Assembly: GCA_013822015.1 (NCBI GenBank)
Contig: PNJU01000005.1
Span: forward strand, 72,071-136,070
Origin: Candidatus Puniceispirillum sp.
GTDB taxonomy: Bacteria > Pseudomonadota > Alphaproteobacteria > Caedimonadales > UBA1908
Direction: 5' to 3'
Length of the DNA: 64,000 nt
Shown: in pieces, positions 36,969 through 47,521 of the stretch
Numbering within the stretch: the first letter of the stretch is position 1
Layout of the letters: each line of letters starts with the position of its first letter
Position numbers and translations under genes: made by a program
The notes under the pieces: generated by a model
The model's input: the letters and a program-made list of their open reading frames with translations, nothing else
Database searches by the model: none
What the model was told of the DNA's origin: nothing

Positions 36969-38681
36969 GTGGAGGCCTTAGTCCAAGTCATAAAGAATAT
37001 GGGCATCGTGCGCCTTGCGCTTATGGGGGCGCTCTTGGCGGGGCTCATCAGCGGTGTCACGTTCATCTCCAACAAGATGACGGCGCCTGATTTGACGCTT
37101 TTGTACGGCGACTTGGAGCTTGAGGATGCGGGCAAGATCGCCTCACGCCTTGAGGCTCAAGGGGTGCCCGTTGAGGTGCGCGCAGGCGGCACGCAAATCT
37201 ATGCGCCGGCTGACCGTGTGACGCGCCTTCGGGTGGAGCTTGCAGAAGCCGGCCTTCCCAGGGGCGGCTCCGTAGGCTATGAAATCTTCGATAAGGGAGA
37301 CCAGCTGGGCGTTTCCAGTTTTGTTCAAAACATTAATCAGCTGCGCGCCCTTGAGGGCGAGCTCTCGCGCACCATCACCTCCATTGCTCAAATTTCAGCG
37401 GCGCGTGTACACTTGGTGCTGCCCAAGCGTAAACTCTTCAGCCGCGAAAAAGATGAACCAACGGCCTCCATTATGCTGACCATGGCGGGGCCAGGGACTT
37501 TGTCTTCTAGGCGCGTCCAGGCCATTCGTCAGTTGGTGGCGGCGGCTGTTCCAGGCCTTGCACCTGAGCATGTGTCCATTGTGGATGACCGTGGAAATCT
37601 CCTCGCCAAAGGGGATGATGATACAGCAAGCTCACTCAGCGCCAACCTTGAGGAAAAACGCCTCGCTTACGAAAACCGTCTCTCGCGCACCATTGAAAGT
37701 CTAGTGTCCAAATATGTGGGTGACGGCAAAGTGCGGGCCGAGGTGGCGGTGGATATGTCCTTTGATAAGGTCACTGAAAATTCCGAGAGCTTTGACCCGG
37801 AGGGGCAGGTGACGCGCTCAACCCAGACGGTCAGTTTGGGGGAGAAATCCCACGAAACGGAGCCGTCTGTCTCCGTTGCCAAGAACCTTCCCAATGCCAA
37901 CGCCAACGCAGGCGCCTCAGGTTCAGAAAATCAACTCAACCGCTCTGAAGAGACGGTGAACTATGAAGTTTCAAAGAAAATCCGCACGCTGGTGAAAGAG
38001 GTGGGCGAGGTGAAAAAACTCTCCGTTGCGGTGCTTGTGGACGGCGTCTATACGCCCATCGCGGGCAAGAAGGAAATGGACTACAAACCACGTTCCAAGG
38101 AAGAAATCGACAGTCTCACCAAGCTCATCAAAAACGCCGTCGGCTTTGACGAGAAGCGCGGGGACAGCATTGAGGTCGCCAATATGCGCTTTGCGCCCAT
38201 GGAGATGTTTGAGTCAGAGGCACCTGCGGGCACCATCTTAGGTCTTGAAAAACACGACCTCATGCACTTGGCGGAGATCTTTCTTATTGGAATACTGGGT
38301 CTTGTGGGCATTCTCTTTGGGGTCAAGCCCATGGTGAACAGGGTCATGAGCGGTGTGCCTGGTGCCAGCTTGCCGGCAGCCAACCAATCCTATCCAGGCT
38401 TGGTAGGGGGTGAGATGGCTGCGCTTCCTGGCGCGCCAGGCGTGGCCGGGGCTCTTCCCGGCCCAAATGGGGAAGGCGAGGGACAGCAGGTTGATGAATT
38501 TGGGCACTTATCCGATGGACTCAAAGAGCTTGAGCATATGGTGTCGCTCAAGCAAGTGGAAGGCGCCGTGCGTGCGTCGTCTCTGAAAACTGTTGGAGAC
38601 ATTATTACGGAAAACCCAGAGTCCGCCGTGGGGGTGATTCGTGGGTGGCTCGCTGAAGATGATAAGAAAGGCAGGGCATGA
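36969..38681 (+). CDS. fliF: Flagellar MS-ring protein
   Basis: GYEIFD, RALEGELSRTI, ARVHLVLP, ETVNYEVS, LSVAVLVDG, RGDSIEV. Confidence 0.97.
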   Translation: MEALVQVIKNMGIVRLALMGALLAGLISGVTFISNKMTAPDLTLLYGDLELEDAGKIASRLEAQGVPVEVRAGGTQIYAPADRVTRLRVELAEAGLPRGGSVGYEIFDKGDQLGVSSFVQNINQLRALEGELSRTITSIAQISAARVHLVLPKRKLFSREKDEPTASIMLTMAGPGTLSSRRVQAIRQLVAAAVPGLAPEHVSIVDDRGNLLAKGDDDTASSLSANLEEKRLAYENRLSRTIESLVSKYVGDGKVRAEVAVDMSFDKVTENSESFDPEGQVTRSTQTVSLGEKSHETEPSVSVAKNLPNANANAGASGSENQLNRSEETVNYEVSKKIRTLVKEVGEVKKLSVAVLVDGVYTPIAGKKEMDYKPRSKEEIDSLTKLIKNAVGFDEKRGDSIEVANMRFAPMEMFESEAPAGTILGLEKHDLMHLAEIFLIGILGLVGILFGVKPMVNRVMSGVPGASLPAANQSYPGLVGGEMAALPGAPGVAGALPGPNGEGEGQQVDEFGHLSDGLKELEHMVSLKQVEGAVRASSLKTVGDIITENPESAVGVIRGWLAEDDKKGRA

Positions 38682-39724
38682 GCGTGACAGCACAGCAACT
38701 TCCAGGGGCGCCAAATCTGCCGGCACATGCTCATCTGTCGGGGCCGGATAAGGCGGCTGCATTTCTATTATCCCTGAGCGATGACTACGTTAAAGCGATC
38801 TTCAACAAGCTTGATACGGCTGAAGTGCTTGTTTTGTCCCAACGTATGGCGACCCTCGGTAAGGTTAAGGCCGAAATCATTGAGTCCCTGTACATCGAGT
38901 TTGCAGAGCAAGCAGGGTCTGGTGCGTCCCTTATGGGCTCCTTTGAAACGACAGAACGTCTTCTGCGCAAATTTTTCCCCGACGACAAGGTGGAAGAAAT
39001 TATGCAAGAAATCCGTGGTCCAGCGGGTCGCACCATGTGGGATAAGCTCGGGAACGTGAGCGAGAATGTGCTGGCAGGCTACTTGCAAAGTGAATACCCA
39101 CAAACGGCGGCTGTCATTTTGTCGAAGGTGAAGCCTTCCCACGCTGCCAAGGTCATGTGCCTTATGCCCGAGCAAGCCTCCATGGAAATCATGAACCGTA
39201 TGCTGAAAATGGAGGTGGTGCAAAGGGATATCCTTGATACCATTGAGGACTCCCTGCGCACTGAGTTCATGAGCAATCTTGTGCGCACGTCCCAAAAAGA
39301 TCCACACGAGCACATGGCTGAGATTTTCAACTCCTTTGACCGTGCGACGGAGGGCAAGTTCATGAGTGCCCTTGAGGCCATAGACGCGGAAGCCGCCGAG
39401 CACGTGCGCTCCCTCATGTTCACCTTTGATGATCTTGTTAAGCTCGACTCAACGGGTGTTCAAACCCTTATTCGTGTGGCGGACAAGAGCAAGCTTGCCA
39501 TGGCACTCAAGGGCTCGTCCGATGCCATCAAGGAAATGTTCTACCGCAACATGTCCGAGCGCGCCGCCAAGTTCCTCAAAGAAGATATCGCGGCCCTTGG
39601 TATGGTGCGTCTCAAAGACGTGGACGAGGCACAGCTGATTGTTGTGAACCAAGCTAAAGATCTCATCAACTCCGGTGAAATCCAGGTGGCTGAGGGCGGT
39701 GAAGAGGAGGCCATGATCGAATGA
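38678..39724 (+). CDS. fliG: Flagellar motor switch protein FliG
   Basis: KAAAFLLSL, EYPQTAAVILS, LMFTFDDL, NMSERAA, VRLKDVDEAQ. Confidence 0.97.
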   Translation: MSVTAQQLPGAPNLPAHAHLSGPDKAAAFLLSLSDDYVKAIFNKLDTAEVLVLSQRMATLGKVKAEIIESLYIEFAEQAGSGASLMGSFETTERLLRKFFPDDKVEEIMQEIRGPAGRTMWDKLGNVSENVLAGYLQSEYPQTAAVILSKVKPSHAAKVMCLMPEQASMEIMNRMLKMEVVQRDILDTIEDSLRTEFMSNLVRTSQKDPHEHMAEIFNSFDRATEGKFMSALEAIDAEAAEHVRSLMFTFDDLVKLDSTGVQTLIRVADKSKLAMALKGSSDAIKEMFYRNMSERAAKFLKEDIAALGMVRLKDVDEAQLIVVNQAKDLINSGEIQVAEGGEEEAMIE

Positions 39725-40416
39725 GCACGGCCCAGAGTAAGAAATACCTTTTTGAGACCTCTTTTGCGGCGGAAGATATTGCGTACCGACAAAGTTTTCA
39801 TTCCCCTGAAGAAATGGAGGCGGCAAAAGCGTCTTCCTACGCCATGGGGTTTCAAGCTGCCCAAGAGGATTTTGAGGCCCGAAATCACGCACAGCTTCTG
39901 CGCTTAGAGGAAAAGTTTGCAGACCTGTTTGTGGCCCAGGAGACTTTGCACGCAACGCTTCACCATTGGATCAGCGCCCTTTGCCAAGAGGCCTTTGGGC
40001 GCGCCTTTCCCACCTACGCAAGGCGCGCCCAGTTTGATGAGATTGAAACGGTTCTGGAGGTGGCCATTGCAAAGGCTAAGCCTGAAAAAGTTTTTACCAT
40101 CCGTGTGGCCGAGGGGCTCAGCCAGGGCTTGGCTCAGAAATTCACAAAGTGGCAGGAGCAGGGCATCGAGATCACCCTTCATGAGGACCCGGGTCTTGCG
40201 CCAACAGACTGTCAGATTGCGTGGGCGGACAGCGGCTTTGAGCGTGTGGAGCGGGCCATTTATGAAGAGATCGACCGTGTCCTTGGCAGCATGCTGTCCT
40301 ATGACGTCCTTGAAACGGCGCTGCCCGCCCTTGAGGCAGAGCCTCCCCAGGAAGGCGTCCCAGAAGCAGCATGCGCTGCACCAGATCTGAGTAAAAATGA
40401 AGGAGAAGCGCCATGA
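39721..40416 (+). CDS. fliH: Flagellar assembly protein FliH (FlbE-like)
   Basis: KYLFETSF N-terminus, AxxxGxxxA-like segment, DCQIAWADSG; lies between fliG and fliN. Confidence 0.8.
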   Translation: MSTAQSKKYLFETSFAAEDIAYRQSFHSPEEMEAAKASSYAMGFQAAQEDFEARNHAQLLRLEEKFADLFVAQETLHATLHHWISALCQEAFGRAFPTYARRAQFDEIETVLEVAIAKAKPEKVFTIRVAEGLSQGLAQKFTKWQEQGIEITLHEDPGLAPTDCQIAWADSGFERVERAIYEEIDRVLGSMLSYDVLETALPALEAEPPQEGVPEAACAAPDLSKNEGEAP

Positions 40417-40763
40417 GCGATGAAGAAAACACAAACGAACTGCCACTGCCTAATTTGGATGATGGCCAAGGGGATAACGTGAGGCCCGATGATGAGCACG
40501 CCGCCAAAAATGAAGATTTGCGCGCAGTCTATGACGTGCCGGTCCAGGTATCTGCGGTTCTGGGGCACACCAGCATGCAGGTCAGTCAGCTTTTGAAGAT
40601 GGGCCGTGGCGCGGTGATTGAGCTCGACCGTAAAGTGGGTGAGGCCATTGATGTCTATGTCAATAACCGGCTTGTGGCAAGGGGAGAAGTGGTTGTGGTG
40701 GATGACCATCTTGGCATCACCATGACGGAAATTCTCAAGTCCGAGCGGGTGCTCAGCAGCTAA
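40413..40763 (+). CDS. fliN: Flagellar motor switch protein FliN
   Basis: VYDVPVQVSAVLG, ELDRKVGEAIDVYVNNRLVARGEVVVV. Confidence 0.97.
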   Translation: MSDEENTNELPLPNLDDGQGDNVRPDDEHAAKNEDLRAVYDVPVQVSAVLGHTSMQVSQLLKMGRGAVIELDRKVGEAIDVYVNNRLVARGEVVVVDDHLGITMTEILKSERVLSS

Positions 40764-40778
40764 CAAAAGGAAGAATCC

Positions 40779-42155
40779 ATGAGGCTTTTGATCGTAGGAA
40801 AATTGCACGGTCATATTGGCACCGCCAGTAAGATAGCCCTCAAGCGCGGGGCGCAAGTGGTGCAGGTTGATACCGTCGAGGCGGCCCTTGAGTCCCTGCG
40901 CTCAGGCAAGGGCGCAGATATGCTTATGATTGATGTCGCCCTTGATATTGAAACGCTGTGCCAGAGCTTAAATGCTGAGCGCATCACGGTCCCTGTGGTG
41001 GGATGTGGTATCGGCACAGATGCGCAAACGGCGGTCAAAGCCATTCGTGCGGGGGCCAAGGAATATATTCCGCTGCCGCCAGATTCTGAACTGATTGCAG
41101 GCGTCATTGAGACCGTTGCAAGGCAGGATGATACCCTCGTTTTTCGTGATCCTGTGATGCAAAGCGTCATGCGCCTAGCGGAGCAAATCGCCCCCAGTGA
41201 AGCCAGCGTCCTGATCATCGGCGAATCGGGCACGGGTAAGGAGATCATGGCGCGCTTTATCCACCAGCATAGCCGGCGCAAGGCGCGTCCCTTTATCTCC
41301 ATTAACTGCGCTGCGATCCCAGAGAACCTTTTGGAATCAGAGCTTTTTGGTCATGAGAAGGGCGCGTTTACAGGAGCGGTAGCAAGGCGTGTGGGAAAAT
41401 TTGAAGAGGCCAGCGGCGGCACCCTTTTGTTGGATGAGGTGACAGAGATGCATCCCAGCCTTCAGGCGAAGCTCCTGCGCGCCATTCAAGAACGTGAGAT
41501 TGACCGGGTCGGTGGCACAAAGCCCGTGAAGGTTGATATTCGCATCCTGGCCACCAGCAACCGCAATATGGAAGAGGCGGTGCGCGCAGGCATTTTCCGC
41601 GAAGATCTTTATTTCCGCCTCAATGTTGTGACCATCGCGCTTCCTGCCCTGCGCCAGCGCCCACTGGACATTGAGCCCTTGGCTGAGCACTTTATACAGA
41701 AGTATGCCCAGATGAACGGTGTAGCCCTGCGCTTCTTAAGCGATGGGGCGCGCTCTCTTTTACGTCAACACCCTTGGCGCGGCAATATTCGAGAGCTTGA
41801 AAACGCCATGCACCGCGCCGTTCTCTTGGCGAGTGCTGACGAGATCGGGGTGGATGTGCTGCAACTGTCAGGCATTGGCGCAGGACAAGCGGCCCCGTCC
41901 TCACCCCAGCAGGCATCCGCGACCCAAACGGAAGGTTTTCAAAAGGCCTTCATTGGTCGCAGCATTTCCGACGTGGAGCGTGATTTGATTTTAGGGACTT
42001 TGGGCCATTGCCTTGGCAACCGCACCCAGGCTGCAAACTTACTGGGCATTTCCATTCGTACCCTACGTAACAAGCTGCGTCTTTACATGGAAGAAGATGA
42101 CGCCCCCTGTGAGAGCCTTTCAGCCCCATCCCCGTACCGCGCGGCAGGCATGTAG
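40779..42155 (+). CDS. flbD: Sigma54-dependent flagellar transcriptional activator FlbD
   Basis: Receiver domain, AAA+ domain with GESGTGKE and GAFTGA, Fis-type HTH; alphaproteobacterial fliFGHN-flbD-flhA order. Confidence 0.93.
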   Translation: MRLLIVGKLHGHIGTASKIALKRGAQVVQVDTVEAALESLRSGKGADMLMIDVALDIETLCQSLNAERITVPVVGCGIGTDAQTAVKAIRAGAKEYIPLPPDSELIAGVIETVARQDDTLVFRDPVMQSVMRLAEQIAPSEASVLIIGESGTGKEIMARFIHQHSRRKARPFISINCAAIPENLLESELFGHEKGAFTGAVARRVGKFEEASGGTLLLDEVTEMHPSLQAKLLRAIQEREIDRVGGTKPVKVDIRILATSNRNMEEAVRAGIFREDLYFRLNVVTIALPALRQRPLDIEPLAEHFIQKYAQMNGVALRFLSDGARSLLRQHPWRGNIRELENAMHRAVLLASADEIGVDVLQLSGIGAGQAAPSSPQQASATQTEGFQKAFIGRSISDVERDLILGTLGHCLGNRTQAANLLGISIRTLRNKLRLYMEEDDAPCESLSAPSPYRAAGM

Positions 42156-42167
42156 GGGACCAGTCAC

Positions 42168-44285
42168 ATGTCACAAGACAGTACCGCAAAAAACCAAGGA
42201 ATGGACCTGAGCTTCGTGCTGGAGTCCCTGAAAAAGGGGGAGGTTGCCTTTGCCCTTGCCTTGATTTCTATTCTGGTGGTGCTGGTCTTGCCCATGCCAA
42301 AAGCGCTTCTTGACGTTCTTTTGGCGATCTCGTTGCTTGTATCAGTGCTGGTTCTTATGACCGCGCTGTATATCGAAAAACCCCTTGATTTTAGTGCGTT
42401 TCCAACGGTGCTCTTGGTCACAACCATGCTGCGCTTGTCCTTGAACGTTGCCTCCACACGCTTGATTTTAAGCCACGGACACGAGGGGCTGAGCGCGGCG
42501 GGCGAGGTTATTCGGGCCTTTGGCTCCTTTGTTATGGGGGGCAACTTTGTCATCGGCCTCATTGTGTTTTCCATTCTTGTGCTTGTGAATTTTGTTGTCA
42601 TCACAAAGGGCTCTGGGCGTATTGCAGAGGTGTCTGCGCGCTTTACTCTAGACGCCATGCCAGGCAAGCAAATGGCTGTGGACGCGGACCTGTCGGCGGG
42701 TCTGATTACGGACGTTGAAGCCAAAGAGCGCCGCAAAGAGCTTGAGGGAGAATCAAGCTTTTTTGGTGCCATGGACGGTGCGGCGAAGTTTGTACGCGGT
42801 GACGCCATTGCTGGGCTTTGCATCACTGTCATTAACATTGTGGGCGGCATCATCATTGGTGTGGCACAGCAAGGCATGTCTTTGTCTGATGCGTCCCACA
42901 CCTATACGCTGCTCACCGTTGGTGACGGCCTCATTTCTCAGATTCCGGCACTCATTGTCTCAACAGCCGCCGGTATGCTTGTCTCCAAAACCAGTATGAC
43001 GGGCTCCACGGATAAAGCCCTCTTTAGCCAGCTCAGCGCATATCCCGGTGCCTTGGGCATGAGCTCCTTCCTGATGGCGGCCTTGTCCATGATGCCGGGC
43101 ATTCCTGTCTTGCCCTTTTTGTCCCTTGCTTGCTTAACGGGGTACGCTGCGTGGAAGCTCACAGAAAGTCAGGGGATGCCTGCGCGCGCGGGCGTGCCAG
43201 GTGCGCCCGGGGCCCTCACAAAGGCCGATGGCACACCCGCTCTGGAGGCCCCTCAAACGGAAGAGCAAGCCTTGTCAGCCGCCCTCCAGATGGATCAAAT
43301 CCGCCTAGAGCTTGGCTTTGGTCTTCTGAGCCTTGTCAGCGGCGTGGAAGGAAACCGCTTGGCGGATCAAATCAAATCCCTGCGTAAGCAACTGGCACGC
43401 GACATTGGCTTTGTGATACCCATTCAGGATAATCTTCAACTTTCAAGCGAGGAATATGTGCTGCGCATCAAAGAGGTGGAAGTTGGCCGTGGCAGTCTGC
43501 GCCTCCACCGTCTTTTGGTGATGGATCCCGAAGGCAAGGCCATCGATATGCCTGGAGAGCCCACAACGGAGCCAACTTTTGGCTTGCGTGCGGCGTGGGT
43601 TGACCGTCACCTGCGCACCGACGCGGAGGCAAAGGGGTATACGGTTGTGGAGCCGCTCACGGTTATCACCACTCACCTGAGCGAAGTGCTGCGAGATAAC
43701 ACGGCGGATCTTTTGAGCTTCTCCGAGACGCAGTCCCTTGTGAATGATCAAACGACCCACCAAAAGCTCGTGAGTGACCTGATCCCAGGCCAGATGAGCA
43801 TGGCGGGGCTGCAGCGCATTTTGCAGAATCTCTTATCGGAGCGCATTTCCATTCGTGACTTGCCAACGATCCTTGAGGCGGTGGCAGAGGCGTGCACCTT
43901 TACCCACTCGCCACAAGCCATTACGGAGCATGTGCGCACGCGCCTGTCTCGTCAGATTTGCGCCGCTTTTGGCGACGAGAATGGGGTGGTGCCCCTTGTG
44001 ATGCTTTCCCCTGAATGGGAGAACACACTCAACCAGGCGCTGATGGGTGATGGTGAAAATCGTCACCTTGCCTTGCCGCCCAGCAAGCTCCAGGAATTCA
44101 CCGCCCGTGTGGGTGAGGTTTTTGACGCCCAAGCCATGCAAGGCATTGTGGCGGTCCTGCTCGTCAGCCCGCCCCTGCGGGGCCAAGTCCGCACTATTCT
44201 TGAAAGGTTCCGCCCGTCAACGGTTGTCCTTTCCCAGGCTGAAATTCACCCCCGTGCCCGCATTCGCACGGTGGCCAGGCTATAA
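42168..44285 (+). CDS. flhA: Flagellar biosynthesis protein FlhA
   Basis: RIAEVSARFTLDAMPGKQMAVDADL, FFGAMDGAAKFVRGDAIAG, LTVGDGL. Confidence 0.97.
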   Translation: MSQDSTAKNQGMDLSFVLESLKKGEVAFALALISILVVLVLPMPKALLDVLLAISLLVSVLVLMTALYIEKPLDFSAFPTVLLVTTMLRLSLNVASTRLILSHGHEGLSAAGEVIRAFGSFVMGGNFVIGLIVFSILVLVNFVVITKGSGRIAEVSARFTLDAMPGKQMAVDADLSAGLITDVEAKERRKELEGESSFFGAMDGAAKFVRGDAIAGLCITVINIVGGIIIGVAQQGMSLSDASHTYTLLTVGDGLISQIPALIVSTAAGMLVSKTSMTGSTDKALFSQLSAYPGALGMSSFLMAALSMMPGIPVLPFLSLACLTGYAAWKLTESQGMPARAGVPGAPGALTKADGTPALEAPQTEEQALSAALQMDQIRLELGFGLLSLVSGVEGNRLADQIKSLRKQLARDIGFVIPIQDNLQLSSEEYVLRIKEVEVGRGSLRLHRLLVMDPEGKAIDMPGEPTTEPTFGLRAAWVDRHLRTDAEAKGYTVVEPLTVITTHLSEVLRDNTADLLSFSETQSLVNDQTTHQKLVSDLIPGQMSMAGLQRILQNLLSERISIRDLPTILEAVAEACTFTHSPQAITEHVRTRLSRQICAAFGDENGVVPLVMLSPEWENTLNQALMGDGENRHLALPPSKLQEFTARVGEVFDAQAMQGIVAVLLVSPPLRGQVRTILERFRPSTVVLSQAEIHPRARIRTVARL

Positions 44286-44306
44286 AGATTTAAAGGAGTT
44301 GCCCAG

Positions 44307-45359
44307 ATGCGCTTGAAAACATTTTTTGCTCCCACGGTTCAGGAAGCCATGACGCAGGTGCGACACGACCTTGGCAGTGACGCTGTGATTATCTCGACTA
44401 TCCAAGAAAAAACCGGTGTGCGCGTGACCGCCGCTCTCGAGCACCGGGCGCCCAAGGTTGCTGGTCAAGGGGCGCCTTCCAAGGATGAGCTTTTTGAGCA
44501 CTTGACGCGGTGTGTCACATTCCACGGGGTTCCTTCTCCCTTAAAAGAACGCCTCCTCTCCATGGCGGAAGAAACGCCTGCCGTGCACCTGGAGGACGCG
44601 GCGACCCTGTGGGCCCCTTGGTTTGCCCAAGGCACGCGTGTGAGTCAGCTTGTGACCAATTTCGAAACTAAAACAATTTTGCTTGTGGGCACACCCGGGG
44701 CGGGCAAAAGCGTGACCCTGGCTAAGCTTGCCGTTGAAGCGCTCTTGGAGGGGCGCAAAGTGCGCATTGTGACCCTCGACGAGGGCAAGGCAGGCGCCAT
44801 TGAACAGCTCTCAACCTATGGCAGTCATCTCAAAGTTGATGTGGCCTCGTGTGTCGCGGCAAAGGATCTCACAGCCCACATGAAACTCCTTGATGGGGGC
44901 GAGTTGCTTCTCATTGATACGCCAGGGATCAATCCCTTTTCAAGGCAAGACGTTGAATTTGTTTCGGAGTGCGTGTTCACAACCCAGTGCGTCCCCCACT
45001 GGGTCTTTTCCGCCGGATGTGACGTGTGGGAAACCCTTGAGATGGCTGAGATCTTCAAGGATCTTGGCGTGCGCGAAATCATCCACACAAAGGGGGATGT
45101 GGCCAGGCGCCACGGAGCGCTCTTGAGTGTTTTGACCCAGGAGCCCATGCACCTTGTGGGGTTGAGTCAGGGGCCAACCTTGTCCCAACGTTTGGAAGAC
45201 GCAACAGCCGAGACACTTCATGACTTGCTTAAGTCGACATTTTTTGTACAATCTACCAGACCAAAGGAGAAGGCTGTGTCTCAAATCAAACAGCTTGAAA
45301 AAACAAAAGAAGTGCGTGAGCCAATTTGGATTGCACGTTTAAAGGAGGCGAGGGCATGA
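44307..45359 (+). CDS. flhF: SRP-like GTPase FlhF
   Basis: MRLKTF…AMTQVR.DLG.DAVI N-terminus; GTPGAGKS, DTPG, TKGD. Confidence 0.85.
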   Translation: MRLKTFFAPTVQEAMTQVRHDLGSDAVIISTIQEKTGVRVTAALEHRAPKVAGQGAPSKDELFEHLTRCVTFHGVPSPLKERLLSMAEETPAVHLEDAATLWAPWFAQGTRVSQLVTNFETKTILLVGTPGAGKSVTLAKLAVEALLEGRKVRIVTLDEGKAGAIEQLSTYGSHLKVDVASCVAAKDLTAHMKLLDGGELLLIDTPGINPFSRQDVEFVSECVFTTQCVPHWVFSAGCDVWETLEMAEIFKDLGVREIIHTKGDVARRHGALLSVLTQEPMHLVGLSQGPTLSQRLEDATAETLHDLLKSTFFVQSTRPKEKAVSQIKQLEKTKEVREPIWIARLKEARA

Positions 45360-46189
45360 CACAGACACATTCAACGCGCACAACGCGCAGCGCCGCCGCC
45401 CAATCGGGACACGCGCCTCTAGACAATATTGTTATGGTTGCCTCTGGTAAGGGGGGGGTCGGCAAGACGTGGTTTTCCATTACCTTTGCCCATGCGCTGG
45501 CCGAAAGTGGTCAAAAGGTGCTTCTATTTGATGCGGACCTAGGTCTTGCCAACGTGGATATTCAGCTGGGTCTTATGCCCGAGTGGGATTTGAGCAGCTT
45601 TTTGTCGGGCCAAAGCACCTTGGACCAGGCCATCACGCCCTACGCAGAAGGCGGTTTTGATATCGTTGCGGGGCGCTCAGGATGCGGCAGCCTTGCGTCC
45701 TTAACCCATGAGAAGCTGGACTACTTGGGTGAGTCTCTTAAGAAACTGGCTAAGCGTTATGACGTCCTCATTATGGATTTGGGGGCGGGTGTTGGCGGGA
45801 CCGTGCGTGCCCTGACGGATATTGCGTCAAAATGCTACGTGGTTGTGACGGATGAGCCAACATCCCTTACGGACGCGTACGCCTTTTTGAAGGTGACCCA
45901 CAAGCTGCAGGAAGCCATGCATCATTATATCGTGGTGAATCAAGCTGACTCTGTCCAGGAAGGGGCACGGGTTTATGAGACCTTGAAGAAGGTATGTGAG
46001 AATTTCCTTCATTACACCCCAACCTTTGCGGGTAGTGTACGTAAGGATAAGTATGTGCGGGAGGCCATTCGCGCCCAATCACCCCTTCTCATGCGCCACA
46101 GCGGCAGTGATGCGGCCCAAGATGTGCGCGCCCTTGCCAGGCATTACAGGATCCATGAAATGGAGACAAAGGGCGCCAACCATAAATAG
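45356..46189 (+). CDS. flhG: MinD-like ATPase FlhG/FleN
   Basis: SGKGGVGKT, DADLGLANVD, DLGAG, EPTSLTDAYA; follows flhF. Confidence 0.9.
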   Translation: MTQTHSTRTTRSAAAQSGHAPLDNIVMVASGKGGVGKTWFSITFAHALAESGQKVLLFDADLGLANVDIQLGLMPEWDLSSFLSGQSTLDQAITPYAEGGFDIVAGRSGCGSLASLTHEKLDYLGESLKKLAKRYDVLIMDLGAGVGGTVRALTDIASKCYVVVTDEPTSLTDAYAFLKVTHKLQEAMHHYIVVNQADSVQEGARVYETLKKVCENFLHYTPTFAGSVRKDKYVREAIRAQSPLLMRHSGSDAAQDVRALARHYRIHEMETKGANHK

Positions 46190-46198
46190 TGGGGTCAG

Positions 46199-46238
46199 AC
46201 GTGCCACTGGCAGGCTTGAAGGCCTGCCAGTGGCACGT
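46199..46238. terminator. Perfect 17-bp-stem hairpin between convergent flhG and terC (likely bidirectional terminator)
   Basis: ACGTGCCACTGGCAGGC-TTGAAG-GCCTGCCAGTGGCACGT. Confidence 0.75.
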
Positions 46239-46955
46239 TTATTTACCCCCCTGGCGCGTGTGTGCCCAAATGTTGACGAGCTCAACAAAGAGCGAAAAGA
46301 ACATGGCAAAGTAGATATACCCTTTAGGTATTTCAAAACCCACACTTTCCGCCACCAAACTCATGCCGATGAGCAGCAAAAAGCTCAGAGCCAGCATTTT
46401 GATGGTGGGATTGTTGTTAATGAAGGTGCTGACCTGGTGAACGCATAGCATCATGATCACCATGGAGACCAAGACTGCCGCCACCATGATTTCCACATGT
46501 TTGGCCATTCCAATGGCAGTCACGATGGAGTCCATAGAAAAAACGATATCCATAATGGCAATTTGCGCGACAACGCCGCTGAGTGTTGATGGGGACTTGC
46601 TTGGTTCCTCTAAGCTCGTTTGGGTTTCAACTTTCTGGTGAATCTCAAGGGTGCCCTTCACAATAAGAAAGAGACCTCCCCCCAAAAGCACGATGGTTCT
46701 GGCCGATACGGGTTCTCCAAAAAGCGTAAAAAGAGGTTTTGCAAGGTGTGCAATCCACACAAGGGTGGCCAAAAACATGAGGCGGGTGATGAGGGCAAAG
46801 GCAAGGCCTAAGCGCTGGGCTTTCTTGCGTGTGGGCTCTTTGAGTTTTTCCGATAAAATGGAAATAAACACGAGATTGTCGATGCCTAGGATAATCTCCA
46901 TAAAAGTCAGGACTGCAAAGCTTGACAGGGCTTCATAGGTGAAGAGGTGGTCCAC
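46239..46955 (-). CDS. TerC-family integral membrane protein
   Basis: EIILGIDNLVFISI, DIVFSMDSIVTAIG, KMLALSFL, PKGYIYFAM. Confidence 0.95.
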   Translation of the reverse strand: MDHLFTYEALSSFAVLTFMEIILGIDNLVFISILSEKLKEPTRKKAQRLGLAFALITRLMFLATLVWIAHLAKPLFTLFGEPVSARTIVLLGGGLFLIVKGTLEIHQKVETQTSLEEPSKSPSTLSGVVAQIAIMDIVFSMDSIVTAIGMAKHVEIMVAAVLVSMVIMMLCVHQVSTFINNNPTIKMLALSFLLLIGMSLVAESVGFEIPKGYIYFAMFFSLFVELVNIWAHTRQGGK

Positions 46956-46993
46956 TCTTTTTCTTCTTATACGGGTTTTCGTCTACGTCTATT

Positions 46994-47521
46994 CTACGAG
47001 GCTTTGCGCGAAGAGGCCAGGGGAAGATTATCAAGATGGGCGTACTGACTGCCAAAGTAAACAAGGGGTGCGCTCGTGTCATCAAAGTGGACGTGCGTCA
47101 CCCGCGCCACAAAAATCAGGTGGTCACCTGCCGCGTGCACTGCGTGAGGCTCACAGGCGATGTGCGCAATGGCGCCTTTAAGGAATGGCGCATGGGTCTC
47201 AAGGGGCGTGTCACCAAAGGCGGACCAGTCGATGGCGGCGTCGCGGGCAAAGTGCCGCGAGAGATCTTCCTGGGACTTGGCCAGAACGCTGATGGAAAAG
47301 GAGGAGGCTCCTTCAAAAGCAGGCGTGCGTTTGGCGCTTTTTTTAAGGCAAAAGAGAATGAGGGGGGGGTCAAGGGAGACACTTGAGAAGGCATTGATCG
47401 TCATGCCTAAATAAGCTTTTGTTTCATTGTCTTGTGTGGCAACGACGCACACGCCTGTTGTAAAGCGCGCCAGCGTCTGCCGAAAAGTTGTGTCCTGTGG
47501 GACCTGCATTGTCTCTTCCAT
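46994..47521 (-). CDS. Flavin reductase-like protein
   Basis: FRQTLARFTTGV, GMTINAFSSVSLDPPL, AGDHLIF, PLVYF. Confidence 0.93.
   Translation of the reverse strand: MEETMQVPQDTTFRQTLARFTTGVCVVATQDNETKAYLGMTINAFSSVSLDPPLILFCLKKSAKRTPAFEGASSFSISVLAKSQEDLSRHFARDAAIDWSAFGDTPLETHAPFLKGAIAHIACEPHAVHAAGDHLIFVARVTHVHFDDTSAPLVYFGSQYAHLDNLPLASSRKAS

Noticed and set aside
46199-46238. 17-bp perfect inverted repeat as a mobile-element end
   Set aside because: No second copy, target duplication or transposase; its position between convergent genes fits a bidirectional terminator.
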